From NCBI GenBank assembly GCA_023252015.1, contig JAHEXS010000001.1, positions 1 through 33,356 of the forward strand: DNA of 33,356 bases, given 5' to 3'. The position numbers and the translations under genes were made by a program. The notes under the pieces are model-generated. The model saw only the letters and a list, made by a program, of their open reading frames with translations. It was not told the DNA's origin and did no database searches. Below are positions 1-9,024 of the stretch, piece after piece. The DNA comes from Candidatus Nitrosotenuis sp. Lineage in GTDB: Archaea > Thermoproteota > Nitrososphaeria > Nitrososphaerales > Nitrosopumilaceae. How positions within the stretch are numbered: position 1 is the stretch's first letter; every line of letters starts with the position of its first letter.

Positions 1-384
1 AACCTTTCAGGCAAAGACCTGGCAAAAATGCTAGATGTTTTGTCTGAAGCAGATGTCTTGTATGGAAAAATAATGCGAACGCAAGAATGGCGACTCCTCA
101 GATACCTTGATAATATTTTGCTCAAACTGTACGATGATGGCCTCCAAGTCCAGTTTTCACAATATAATCTCCCGTGGCCGCTTCTCAATAAGATAAGATG
201 GGACGGAAAGACAATCAAATCGCTTGCATCAGTTCTTGCAAAAAGATTTCATGTTTCACAAAGCACAATTGCTACGTTTTATTTTCCGTACATTCTGTTT
301 TGCATGAAAAACAAAAAACTTGCACTTGAAATTAGTCCGGAATACAACGAAATCCTGGAAAAGGAGACTGCGTTACTAAAATGA
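1..384 (+). CDS. rfcL: Replication factor C large subunit, C-terminal part (5' truncated by window edge)
   Basis: Frame is open from base 1 (aac ctt tca ggc...). 'LDVLSEADVLYGKIMRTQEWRLLRY' and 'LAKRFHVSQSTIATFYFPYI' resemble the archaeal RFC-L C-terminus. Confidence 0.75.
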   Translation, partial: NLSGKDLAKMLDVLSEADVLYGKIMRTQEWRLLRYLDNILLKLYDDGLQVQFSQYNLPWPLLNKIRWDGKTIKSLASVLAKRFHVSQSTIATFYFPYILFCMKNKKLALEISPEYNEILEKETALLK

Positions 385-689
385 GCTGGCGCAAAATTGC
401 AATGAAGTTTCCTGGAACATGTATCATATGCAACCAGAAAATCGACGCAAACGAGACTGGCTTGTGGGCAAAGGGGCTCGGAGTAAAGCACGAAAAATGT
501 GCATCAAAAGAGGTAAAGGAGCTAAAGTGTATCGTGTGTGGCGGGCAGGCTGGCTGTGCGCAATGCGAATTTCAGGACGACTGTGACCGCGATGTGGTGT
601 CTGGGCTCTGCATATGCAAAAAATGCTCTGACTTCAAGGATTCTTTTGCGTTGTACCAAGATTCCGTGAAAAAAAACTTTGCACGCTGA
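381..689 (+). CDS. Cys-rich putative Zn-binding hypothetical protein
   Basis: 102 aa with CIIC...HEKC, CIVC, CAQC and CICKKC clusters; ATGA overlap with the rfcL stop. Confidence 0.75.
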   Translation: MSWRKIAMKFPGTCIICNQKIDANETGLWAKGLGVKHEKCASKEVKELKCIVCGGQAGCAQCEFQDDCDRDVVSGLCICKKCSDFKDSFALYQDSVKKNFAR

Positions 690-703
690 ACAAGCAATAA
701 ATA

Positions 704-714
704 GAAATTATATT
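704..714 (+). promoter_or_regulatory. Putative archaeal BRE/TATA box for the Zn-MDR gene (leaderless)
   Basis: gaaattatatt about 20-25 nt upstream of the GTG start at 732. Confidence 0.4.
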
Positions 715-731
715 GCCAAATTACGCTTACT

Positions 732-1802
732 GTGAAGGCACTAGTATACGAGGAATATGCACCCGATGACGATTACACGAAAATTCTCAAGATAAAAGAC
801 ATTCCTGAGCCTAAGCCAAAATCAAACGAAGTCGTATTCAAGGTAAAGTTTGCAGGCCTTAATCATGATGACATCTGGGGAATGAGAGGAAAGCCGATCC
901 AAATACCAATGCCACACATCTCGGGAACCGATGCTGCAGGTGAGGTGGTGTCTGTTGGTGAAGATGTAACTGACATCAAAATAGGAGACAGAGTTGTATC
1001 GCATGGAAATATTTCATGCCGGATCTGCAGGGCGTGCACCGACGGCAGAGAATATGATTGTAAACAACGAAAGGTCTGGGGATTTCAAACTGGACCGCTG
1101 TGGGGCGGATATTGCGAAATGACACATCTTCCCGAAGTAAACGTAGTCAAGATTCCAAATAACATCAGCTATGAGGAGGCTGCCGCTGCATCGATGGTGC
1201 TTACCACCTCATGGCACATGCTGATTGGTCGAGCAAAAATCAAGCCCGGCCAAACCGTTTTGATAATGGGAGGAGGCTCTGGCATGGGAACCTTTGGAAT
1301 TCAAATCGCAAAATTATATGGGTGCGATGTTATCAGTACTGCAAGTTCTAACAAGCTAGAAAAATGTTTGAAGCTTGGTGCAGACTATGCGGTTGATCAC
1401 AGAAAGGAAGACTGGCACAAAGAGGTATTTTCAATATCTAAAGAACTGGCAAAAAAGAAAAACGAGCCACCTGGAATTGACGTGATCTTTGAACACATTG
1501 GCGGCTCGCACTGGAACAAGGAGCTTACCCTGCTCAAGTACGGTGCTACCTTAGTTACAACAGGTGCTACAACTGGCTACGATGTTCAAACTGATCTTAG
1601 ACACATTTTTTTCAAGGGAACAAACGTCCTGGGCTCAACTCAGGGAACCAAGGCGGAACTAGAAGAAGCCATGCACTGGATGTCAAAGGGAAAAATCAAA
1701 TCCATAATTGACTCTGTTTACTCGCTAGAAAACGCCGTAGACGCACACACAAAAATGCTCAAGGGGGATGTCTTTGGCAAAATCCTAATGACACCCAGCT
1801 GA
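732..1802 (+). CDS. Zn-containing medium-chain dehydrogenase/reductase (QOR/enoyl-CoA reductase-like; acryloyl-CoA reductase candidate)
   Basis: GLNHDD and PHISGTDAAG, structural-Zn motif CRICRAC-x7-C, Rossmann GGGSGMG, C-terminal FGKILM. Confidence 0.85.
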   Translation: MKALVYEEYAPDDDYTKILKIKDIPEPKPKSNEVVFKVKFAGLNHDDIWGMRGKPIQIPMPHISGTDAAGEVVSVGEDVTDIKIGDRVVSHGNISCRICRACTDGREYDCKQRKVWGFQTGPLWGGYCEMTHLPEVNVVKIPNNISYEEAAAASMVLTTSWHMLIGRAKIKPGQTVLIMGGGSGMGTFGIQIAKLYGCDVISTASSNKLEKCLKLGADYAVDHRKEDWHKEVFSISKELAKKKNEPPGIDVIFEHIGGSHWNKELTLLKYGATLVTTGATTGYDVQTDLRHIFFKGTNVLGSTQGTKAELEEAMHWMSKGKIKSIIDSVYSLENAVDAHTKMLKGDVFGKILMTPS

Positions 1803-1925
1803 GTCCGAACTTACGCGTAGAATTTGTAAATTACCTTGGCATGGGAGTGATCTCAAGATTCTAAAGCAAGCTTATCTGATTCAAACATCTTACCTGTTAT
1901 CATGTTCTAGAATGTCCTAATTTTA

Positions 1926-2969
1926 TTGACAAAATTCATTCGTAAAAGTACAGAGGCAGACTTGCCTGATAAACAAGGAAGAACGATTTATTTCTCAAAG
2001 TCACCTTCTCAAAACACAGGAACGAATCTAGAAAACCATCCTGAGGATAATGATTCTAGTCGTAAAGAATTTGATAAATTAACAAAACACCCAAACGAGC
2101 AAATTTCGATTGGAGACATTGGAGACAAAAAACAAGATAAAATCAACACCATTAACAAAATAATCGCAGAAGAAGAAAAACAGATAAAGAATATTCAAAC
2201 ATCCATTCAACAACAATCAAAAAGCCTTGAACGCGCAAAGCAACTCTTAAGGGAAAAACAATCACTACTTCAAGCCGAGCTTGATAGCAAAATAAGCAAG
2301 TTTTCCAACTCTGAAAAGTTTTCAATAGTGGGAGAATTCTCGTCAAAAATGGCTCATGACATAAGAAACCCGTTATCTGTAATCAAAATACAAGTAGATC
2401 TTTTGAAATTACGCTACTCAAAACAGGAAGACAAAATACTGCTTGATTCTCTGGGACGAATGGAGCGAGCTGTAGGTGGAATTACTACTCAACTGGACGA
2501 CGTCTTGCATTTTCTTAAAGAACGTCCTTTACGTCTTGAAAATATCGCTATCTCAAAAATATTGGAAGACTCACTTTTCTATATAGAAAAACCCGAGAAC
2601 ATAACAATTGAGCTTCCGACACAAGACATTACAATTTTGTGTGATGGCAGTAGAATGCAACGGGTATTTACAAACATAATTCTAAACTCTATCCAAGCAA
2701 TGAACGATGGTGGAATCGTCTCAATCCGAGCTTTTGAACAAAATGATGACATGGTAATAGAAATAAGTGATACCGGTCTGGGAATCGCAGATGAATCCAT
2801 GCCGAAAATTTTTGAGCCCTTGTTCACAACAAAAAGAGGTGGAACCGGATTGGGATTACCAATATGTGAAAAGATCATCAATGATCATAATGGCCTCATT
2901 ACAGTAAAAAACAACCCTACTACATTCACTATAACAATTCCAAAAGTCCAATCGTGTCACACCGAATAA
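1926..2969 (+). CDS. Soluble sensor histidine kinase (coiled coil + HisKA + HATPase)
   Basis: H-box AHDIRNPL, N-box NIILNSIQA, G1 DTGLGI, F-box IFEPLFTTK, G2 GTGLGL; no transmembrane segment; TTG start uncertain. Confidence 0.9.
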   Translation: MTKFIRKSTEADLPDKQGRTIYFSKSPSQNTGTNLENHPEDNDSSRKEFDKLTKHPNEQISIGDIGDKKQDKINTINKIIAEEEKQIKNIQTSIQQQSKSLERAKQLLREKQSLLQAELDSKISKFSNSEKFSIVGEFSSKMAHDIRNPLSVIKIQVDLLKLRYSKQEDKILLDSLGRMERAVGGITTQLDDVLHFLKERPLRLENIAISKILEDSLFYIEKPENITIELPTQDITILCDGSRMQRVFTNIILNSIQAMNDGGIVSIRAFEQNDDMVIEISDTGLGIADESMPKIFEPLFTTKRGGTGLGLPICEKIINDHNGLITVKNNPTTFTITIPKVQSCHTE

Positions 2970-3126
2970 TTCTGGAATTTGGAAAATTCTGTACCATAGA
3001 ATCCAAATTATTCCATCCTACCAAGTAAAAGAGAGATGACTGATTCAAATAACAATGGCAAGAAATTCCTTTATCAATTCCGCCTTAACCAATATTTTAG
3101 TACAGAATTATGAAATGTCAATCTGT

Positions 3127-3246
3127 ATGGGTGAAAATAAGGACTTGAAGAAAAAATGGAAAAGGCCAGATCTACTAAAGCGATCCAAAAGCAAATGCTG
3201 GATTGCGCTTGCCAAAGCAGAAAGAGTATCTGGATTGTATGTGTGA
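3127..3246 (+). CDS. Possible small basic protein (39 aa)
   Basis: In-frame ATG within ORF 3055..3246 gives MGENKDLKKKWKRPDLLKRSKSKCWIALAKAERVSGLYV; lies in an otherwise empty intergenic gap. Confidence 0.3.
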   Translation: MGENKDLKKKWKRPDLLKRSKSKCWIALAKAERVSGLYV

Positions 3247-3320
3247 GAATTCTAACATTGGAACGAATGTCTTTAGAACCACGAAAAGGCCGGCGAGACA
3301 AAATTGGAGAATAAACAATT

Positions 3321-3335
3321 CTAAAATTAATATAG
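3321..3335 (+). promoter_or_regulatory. Putative BRE/TATA box of the carboxylase operon
   Basis: ctaaaattaatatag about 20-35 nt upstream of the candidate starts at 3352/3367. Confidence 0.45.
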
Positions 3336-3366
3336 CCAGCGTTGCGCTCATTTGTTGCGGGACCAC

Positions 3367-4914
3367 ATGCATTCTGATAAGATTGAAAAATTTTTAGAAA
3401 AACAAAACACAGCGCTTGCAAGTGGCGGAGAAGACAAGATACTTGCTCAGCATGAAAAAGGAAAACTCACTGCGCGAGAACGAATTACTCTGCTCTTAGA
3501 TGAAGGAAGCTTTACTGAGCTTGATGCTCTTACCACTCATCATTACCATGAATACGATATGCAGAAAAAAAAATTCTTTACCGATGGCGTAATCACGGGA
3601 TATGGAACTGTTTCTGGAAGACAGATCTTTGTGTTTGCTTATGATTTTACTGTTCTTGGTGGCACACTAAGTCAGATGGGTGCCAAAAAAATAACCAAAG
3701 TCATGGATCATGCAACACGTACTGGATGCCCAATAATTGGAATAGCTGATTCTGGAGGTGCGCGAATTCAAGAAGGAATCTTGAGCCTCGACGGATTTGC
3801 AGACATATTCTACCATAACGAGCTTGCGTCAGGTGTAGTGCCGCAAATCACTGCAAGCATTGGGCCCTCCGCTGGTGGAGCAGTATACTCGCCTGCGATG
3901 ACGGACTTTGTCATAATGGTAGAAAAAGTTGGAACAATGTATGTTACGGGACCCGAAGTTGTCAAGACTGTTCTTGGCGAAGAAGTTTCGTTTGAGGATC
4001 TTGGAGGCGCAATGACACATGGAACAAAAAGTGGAGTTGCTCATTTTGTTGCAAAAAATGAATACGACTGCATGGATAAAATTAAAACTTTGCTTTCATA
4101 CATTCCGTCAAACAATACCGAAGAGCCACCAATAGTTGAAAACGACGACGATCCAAATAGGATGGACCACAACCTGATAAACAAGATACCTGAAAATTCT
4201 CTTCAGCCATACGACATGAAGGAAATTATCCACGCGATTGTTGATAATCATACCTTCTTTGAAATCCACGAACTTTTTGCACCAAACGTTGTTGTAGGAT
4301 TTGCAAGAATGCACGGAAGGACAATTGGAATTGTTGCAAACCAGCCGCTTTTTCTTGCAGGTGCACTGGACATTGACTCATCAAGCAAAGCATCACGATT
4401 CATTAGATTTTGTGACTGCTATGGAATCCCAATAATTACACTAGTTGACACTCCTGGATACATGCCGGGAACACACCAAGAACATAATGGAATAATTCGA
4501 CATGGAAGTAAACTCCTCTATGCATACTGTGAGGCGACAGTTCCGAAAATAACACTAGTAATTGGTAAAGCATACGGTGGCGCTTACATCGCAATGGGAA
4601 GCAAAAACCTCAGAACTGACGTCAACTATGCATGGCCAACTGCACAAATCGCAGTTCTTGGTTCAGAGGCAGCAGTAAAAATAATGAACAAAAAAGATCT
4701 TGACAAGGCAAAAAACCCAGACGATCTCAAAAAACAGCTAACCGCTGAATTCAATGAAAAATTTGCAAACCCCTACATTGCAGCATCCAACGGCTCAGTT
4801 GATGCGGTAATAGATCCTGCACAAACAAGACCCATGCTAATCAAAGCGCTTGAAATGCTTGTAAACAAACGAGACAAACAACTTCCGCGTAAACACGGAA
4901 ACATCAATTTGTGA
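3367..4914 (+). CDS. pccB: Acetyl-CoA/propionyl-CoA carboxylase, carboxyltransferase subunit
   Basis: GKLTARERI, DSGGARIQEG, GGAVYSPA, VDTPGY, KAYGGAY, RKHGNINL; ATG at 3367 preferred over TTG at 3352. Confidence 0.95.
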   Translation: MHSDKIEKFLEKQNTALASGGEDKILAQHEKGKLTARERITLLLDEGSFTELDALTTHHYHEYDMQKKKFFTDGVITGYGTVSGRQIFVFAYDFTVLGGTLSQMGAKKITKVMDHATRTGCPIIGIADSGGARIQEGILSLDGFADIFYHNELASGVVPQITASIGPSAGGAVYSPAMTDFVIMVEKVGTMYVTGPEVVKTVLGEEVSFEDLGGAMTHGTKSGVAHFVAKNEYDCMDKIKTLLSYIPSNNTEEPPIVENDDDPNRMDHNLINKIPENSLQPYDMKEIIHAIVDNHTFFEIHELFAPNVVVGFARMHGRTIGIVANQPLFLAGALDIDSSSKASRFIRFCDCYGIPIITLVDTPGYMPGTHQEHNGIIRHGSKLLYAYCEATVPKITLVIGKAYGGAYIAMGSKNLRTDVNYAWPTAQIAVLGSEAAVKIMNKKDLDKAKNPDDLKKQLTAEFNEKFANPYIAASNGSVDAVIDPAQTRPMLIKALEMLVNKRDKQLPRKHGNINL

Positions 4915-4919
4915 TTAAT

Positions 4920-6407
4920 ATGATAAAAAAAGTTCTTATCGCAAACAGAGGAGAAATCGCTCTACGCGTAATTAAGACATGCAAGGCACTTGGTATCAAA
5001 ACTGTTGCAGTTTACTCTGATGAGGACTACAACTCTTTGCATGTAAAGCACGCAAATGAGGCATATCATATCGGAAAAGCCGCACCAAAAGAAAGCTATC
5101 TAAATCAAGAAAAAATATTGCAAGCCATTCTTGCATCTGGTGCAGATGCGGTTCATCCTGGCTATGGCTTTCTTTCTGAAAACTCGGACTTTGCAAAACT
5201 CTGTGAAGACAACAAGATAAACTTTATTGGCCCGTCCTCTGCGTCCATGGACCTTTGCGGTGACAAGATGAGGTGCAAGTCCGCAATGTTGAAGGCAAAA
5301 ATTCCCACAATACCTGGAAGCCCAGATCTTGTAAAAGACGTTGAAGAAGCACTAAACATTGCAAATAAAATTGGATACCCCGTTTTACTAAAGTCAGTTT
5401 ATGGTGGTGGTGGAAGAGGAATCCGACTTGTAAACAATGACAAGGAATTGCGCGAGGCATTTGATACAGTAACCGGCGAATCAATAGCCGCATTTGGAAA
5501 ATCAGCAATGCTTGTTGAAAAATTCCTTGAAAAAATTCGTCACATCGAATACCAGTTAGCACGAGACAAACATGGCAACGCAGTCCACATATTTGAGCGA
5601 GAATGCTCCATTCAAAGACGTAACCAAAAATTAATCGAGCAAACACCATCGCCCGCAGTTGATCAAAAAACAAGGGAGATGATTGGCGAACTGGTCGTCA
5701 AGGCAGCCGAAGCAGTTGATTACACTAATCTTGGAACTGCAGAGTTTCTAAGGGCAGACAACGGGGAATTTTATTTTATTGAAATCAATGCTAGATTGCA
5801 AGTGGAACATCCAATCACAGAACTTGTCTCAGGATTAGATCTTGTAAAATTACAAATTGATATTGCAAACGGGGAACCGATCCCATTCCAGCAAAAAGAT
5901 CTCAAAATGAACGGCTATGCAATTGAGTGTAGAATAAACGCAGAAGACACATTCTTGGACTTTGCCCCGTCTACTGGACCAGTACCAGATGTTTCGATCC
6001 CGTCAGGACCGGGAGTCCGCTGTGACACTTATCTGTATTCTGGATGCACCGTTTCGCCATTTTATGATTCGCTCATGGCAAAGCTTTGCACATGGGGACA
6101 AAATTTTGAAGAGTCAAGAACCAGAATGCTTAACGCACTAGATGATTTCTATATTCAAGGTGTGGAGACTTCGATTCCTCTTTACAAAACAATTCTAAAA
6201 ACCGAGGAATACAAAAAAGGAAACCTTTCAACGGACTTTTTGAAAAGATATGGAATTATTGACAAATTGGAAAAAGACATCAAAGCTGAAAAGTCTGCCA
6301 ATAAAGAATCTGCACTTGCGGCAGCGATAATGCACTCTGAATATTTGAAAAGCAGAGTAAAGAACTCAGCTACTCCCAACTCATCATGGAAAAATAAACT
6401 GGATTGA
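4920..6407 (+). CDS. accC: Acetyl-CoA/propionyl-CoA carboxylase, biotin carboxylase subunit
   Basis: KKVLIANRGEIA, HPGYGFLSEN, GGGGRG, ERECSIQRRNQK, EINARLQVEH, YDSLMAK; alternative GTG start at 4911. Confidence 0.95.
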   Translation: MIKKVLIANRGEIALRVIKTCKALGIKTVAVYSDEDYNSLHVKHANEAYHIGKAAPKESYLNQEKILQAILASGADAVHPGYGFLSENSDFAKLCEDNKINFIGPSSASMDLCGDKMRCKSAMLKAKIPTIPGSPDLVKDVEEALNIANKIGYPVLLKSVYGGGGRGIRLVNNDKELREAFDTVTGESIAAFGKSAMLVEKFLEKIRHIEYQLARDKHGNAVHIFERECSIQRRNQKLIEQTPSPAVDQKTREMIGELVVKAAEAVDYTNLGTAEFLRADNGEFYFIEINARLQVEHPITELVSGLDLVKLQIDIANGEPIPFQQKDLKMNGYAIECRINAEDTFLDFAPSTGPVPDVSIPSGPGVRCDTYLYSGCTVSPFYDSLMAKLCTWGQNFEESRTRMLNALDDFYIQGVETSIPLYKTILKTEEYKKGNLSTDFLKRYGIIDKLEKDIKAEKSANKESALAAAIMHSEYLKSRVKNSATPNSSWKNKLD

Positions 6408-6411
6408 GAAG

Positions 6412-6924
6412 ATGGAATACAAAATAGAGGATGTCACAGGAACGTTTAACGGCAAGATACTCAAAAATCTTGGAAACAACGAATACATAATCAAGATAGA
6501 CTCTCAAGAGCACCAGCTAAGAATTCTTGGCATGAATTCTAGGGGAATTGAATTCGTTTTAGATCAAAAATACCACAAAGTAAAGTATCTTGAAAACACC
6601 ACATCCCAGATGAGTTTGGTAGTTAACGGCATCCCAATGAAGCTAAACACGAATTCTAAATTTGCCGAAATTGTTTACAAAAACACCGGTGGTGCTGACC
6701 GTGGTGATGCACAAACAAGTCTGCGTAGCCAAATACCTGGCAAGGTAGTCACAGTAAACGCAGAAGAAGGGGCCAGTGTCAAAAAAGGCGATGTTGTGTG
6801 CGTTTTGGAATCAATGAAGATGCAGGTATCAGTTAAATCTCACAAGGACGGAGTTGTCAAAAAGATCAAAATCAAGAGCGGAATGTCCGTTGCAAAGAAC
6901 GACATTCTTGCAGAAATAGAATAA
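6412..6924 (+). CDS. accB: Biotin carboxyl carrier protein
   Basis: Biotinylation motif ESMKM within a lipoyl/biotinyl domain (IPGKV...KKGD); third gene of the operon. Confidence 0.93.
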   Translation: MEYKIEDVTGTFNGKILKNLGNNEYIIKIDSQEHQLRILGMNSRGIEFVLDQKYHKVKYLENTTSQMSLVVNGIPMKLNTNSKFAEIVYKNTGGADRGDAQTSLRSQIPGKVVTVNAEEGASVKKGDVVCVLESMKMQVSVKSHKDGVVKKIKIKSGMSVAKNDILAEIE

Positions 6925-6934
6925 AAAAGAAAAA

Positions 6935-7408
6935 TTACTTTCCTTTCTTTAGAAAGTCAATTATTTCTTGATAGTTTGGCTCAACTAGAGGACTTTCTGA
7001 GACCCACTTGTATCCGACAGTTCCGTTTTCATCCAATACAAAAACAGAACGCTTTGCAGCGTCGTATCCTTTGACGTGCAAAAGATCTGGCATCAGTATG
7101 TCGTAATCTCTAATTGTTTTGCTTTTGTAGTCTCCAAGAACTGGAAAGTTTAGATTGAATTTTTCTGCAAAAGCTTTGTTTGCAAATGGACCATCGTTGC
7201 TTACTCCAATTACTTGGGCGCCAAGATTTGATATCTCACTCCATCTGTCTCTGAACGTACACATTTCTGTAGTACATACAGGAGAGCTTGCAGCTACAAA
7301 AAATGACAAAACTACTTTTTTACCCTTAAACTCACTTAGTTTTCGCATTTTCAGTTCTGTATCAACAAGCTCAAATTCTGGAGCTCTATCACCAATATTT
7401 ACGACCAT
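6935..7408 (-). CDS. Peroxiredoxin (BCP/PrxQ-like, AhpC-TSA family)
   Basis: IGDRAPEF, SPVCTTEMC (peroxidatic Cys plus CxxxxC resolving Cys), GVSND, KRSVFVLD. Confidence 0.92.
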   Translation of the reverse strand: MVVNIGDRAPEFELVDTELKMRKLSEFKGKKVVLSFFVAASSPVCTTEMCTFRDRWSEISNLGAQVIGVSNDGPFANKAFAEKFNLNFPVLGDYKSKTIRDYDILMPDLLHVKGYDAAKRSVFVLDENGTVGYKWVSESPLVEPNYQEIIDFLKKGK

Positions 7409-7490
7409 GAGCTACAACTTGTTTTTGTCATATATCAATCATAATGAGACTCATAATCTGATCGCATTTTTTGTCTATTTTTCTGCATAG

Positions 7491-7502
7491 CTTTTTATAT
7501 TA
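7491..7502 (+). promoter_or_regulatory. Putative TATA box of the nuo operon
   Basis: ctttttatatta about 22-30 nt upstream of the nuoA TTG start; divergent from the peroxiredoxin gene. Confidence 0.5.
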
Positions 7503-7523
7503 TCGACAGGGTGTCAAGCTGAT

Positions 7524-7898
7524 TTGGTTGGGGAGTATGCTGCTAACTTTAGTCATGTTCTTCTGATGTTTGGATTTGCTATAGTTGCAGTTGGGCCGGC
7601 ACTCTTGATATCACGTATGATCTCTCCACGTAAAAGAAGTAATCCAGTAAAATTCCTCCCAATGGAATGCGGCCAGGTTCCGCAAGGTGAGGGAAGAACC
7701 CACTTTATGATGCAATATTATTCCTATGTTTTGATGTTTGTTGTTTTTGACGTAATGGCAATTTTCCTATATGCCTGGAGCAGCACCCTACTTCATCTAC
7801 CAAAAACTGCGACTTTGCCAATTATTGCGTTCTTGGGCATAATGTTTGCAGCAATGGCATTTGCGCTTTATCAGTCAAAGAGGCGAAACATATGGTAA
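7524..7898 (+). CDS. nuoA: Complex I subunit A
   Basis: PMECGQ loop, YYSYVLMFVVFDV, three hydrophobic helices. Confidence 0.92.
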   Translation: MVGEYAANFSHVLLMFGFAIVAVGPALLISRMISPRKRSNPVKFLPMECGQVPQGEGRTHFMMQYYSYVLMFVVFDVMAIFLYAWSSTLLHLPKTATLPIIAFLGIMFAAMAFALYQSKRRNIW

Positions 7899-7941
7899 AT
7901 TTTATACTGATATTCGAAGTAGTAAGAGGTAAGGGATTAGA

Positions 7942-8457
7942 TTGCTAAAGGAACTCTTAACTCCACAAAACGCAAATGTATTCATCGGTAAGCTGGGCGA
8001 TATCCTGGTTAAAGCAGTAGATGCGCCGCTGGGCTACGCCATTAACTGGGGTAGACTGTGGTCGCTCTGGCCAGTACACATTGAAACCGCATGCTGTAGC
8101 GTAGAGTTTGGTGCCGCATCAGGTCCGAGATATGATGTCGAAAGATTTGGAATCATCGAAGCATTTGGTTCTCTTCGACAATGTGATCTGGTTGTGGTGC
8201 AAGGAACCATCACAAGAAAGATGGCGCCTCGACTCAGACTGGTATATGATCAAATGCCAGAACCAAAATATGTTATAGCTATGGGCGCATGTGCCATAAC
8301 TGGTGGATTATACTTTGACTCGTACAACGTCCTGCCGGGAATTGACGGAATACTTCCTGTCGATGTGTATGTTCCAGGCTGTCCCCCTAGACCTGAAACC
8401 CTCATACAAGGATGTATGCTACTACAAGAAAAAATCAAGAGGATGAAGGCTAGGTAG
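7942..8457 (+). CDS. nuoB: Complex I subunit B
   Basis: TACCSVE, MGACAITGG and VPGCPPRPE (N2 cluster ligands). Confidence 0.96.
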   Translation: MLKELLTPQNANVFIGKLGDILVKAVDAPLGYAINWGRLWSLWPVHIETACCSVEFGAASGPRYDVERFGIIEAFGSLRQCDLVVVQGTITRKMAPRLRLVYDQMPEPKYVIAMGACAITGGLYFDSYNVLPGIDGILPVDVYVPGCPPRPETLIQGCMLLQEKIKRMKAR

Positions 8458-8466
8458 AAAATCTTA

Positions 8467-9021
8467 ATGAGTCAACCGGAAACCCCAGAAACAAAATCAT
8501 TAGCAAAAGCACAGCCCCAAAAGGAGCTGCCGCAGTTTGAAAAGTCACTCGCAGACAAACTTGAAAGTAAATTTAACTCAAAAGCAACAATTGAATTCGT
8601 TAAAGTAAATAGAATTAGAGTCAAAGTAAAAAAAGAAGACGTGCTTGATGTAGCAAGATTCATCCGGGACGAACTTCATTTCGATCACGCCGAATCCGTA
8701 ACAGGTGTCGACTATCCTGACCAAAAGGAAATCGAAGTCGTTTATCATCTTGGCTCCTATACCGATCCCGAGTTGGCAAAACAGGTTTTGACATTGGCAA
8801 CAAGAGCTCCACGCGAGGAAAACCCAAGTCCTGGAAATGATAGTACCAGACTGCCAAGTCTTAGAGATATATTCTACAGTGTAGAGTTTCATGAAAGGGA
8901 GTGTTTTGAAATGTTGGGAGTTTACTTTGAGAATCATCCAGATAACAGACGACTACTCTTGCCTGAAGACTGGGCAGATTTACCACCAATGCGCAAGGAC
9001 TTTAAGATAAAGGGAAGATAG
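8467..9021 (+). CDS. nuoC: Complex I subunit C
   Basis: ERECFEMLGVYFENHPDNRRLLLPEDW..PPMRKDF. Confidence 0.95.
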   Translation: MSQPETPETKSLAKAQPQKELPQFEKSLADKLESKFNSKATIEFVKVNRIRVKVKKEDVLDVARFIRDELHFDHAESVTGVDYPDQKEIEVVYHLGSYTDPELAKQVLTLATRAPREENPSPGNDSTRLPSLRDIFYSVEFHERECFEMLGVYFENHPDNRRLLLPEDWADLPPMRKDFKIKGR

Positions 9022-9024
9022 ACA

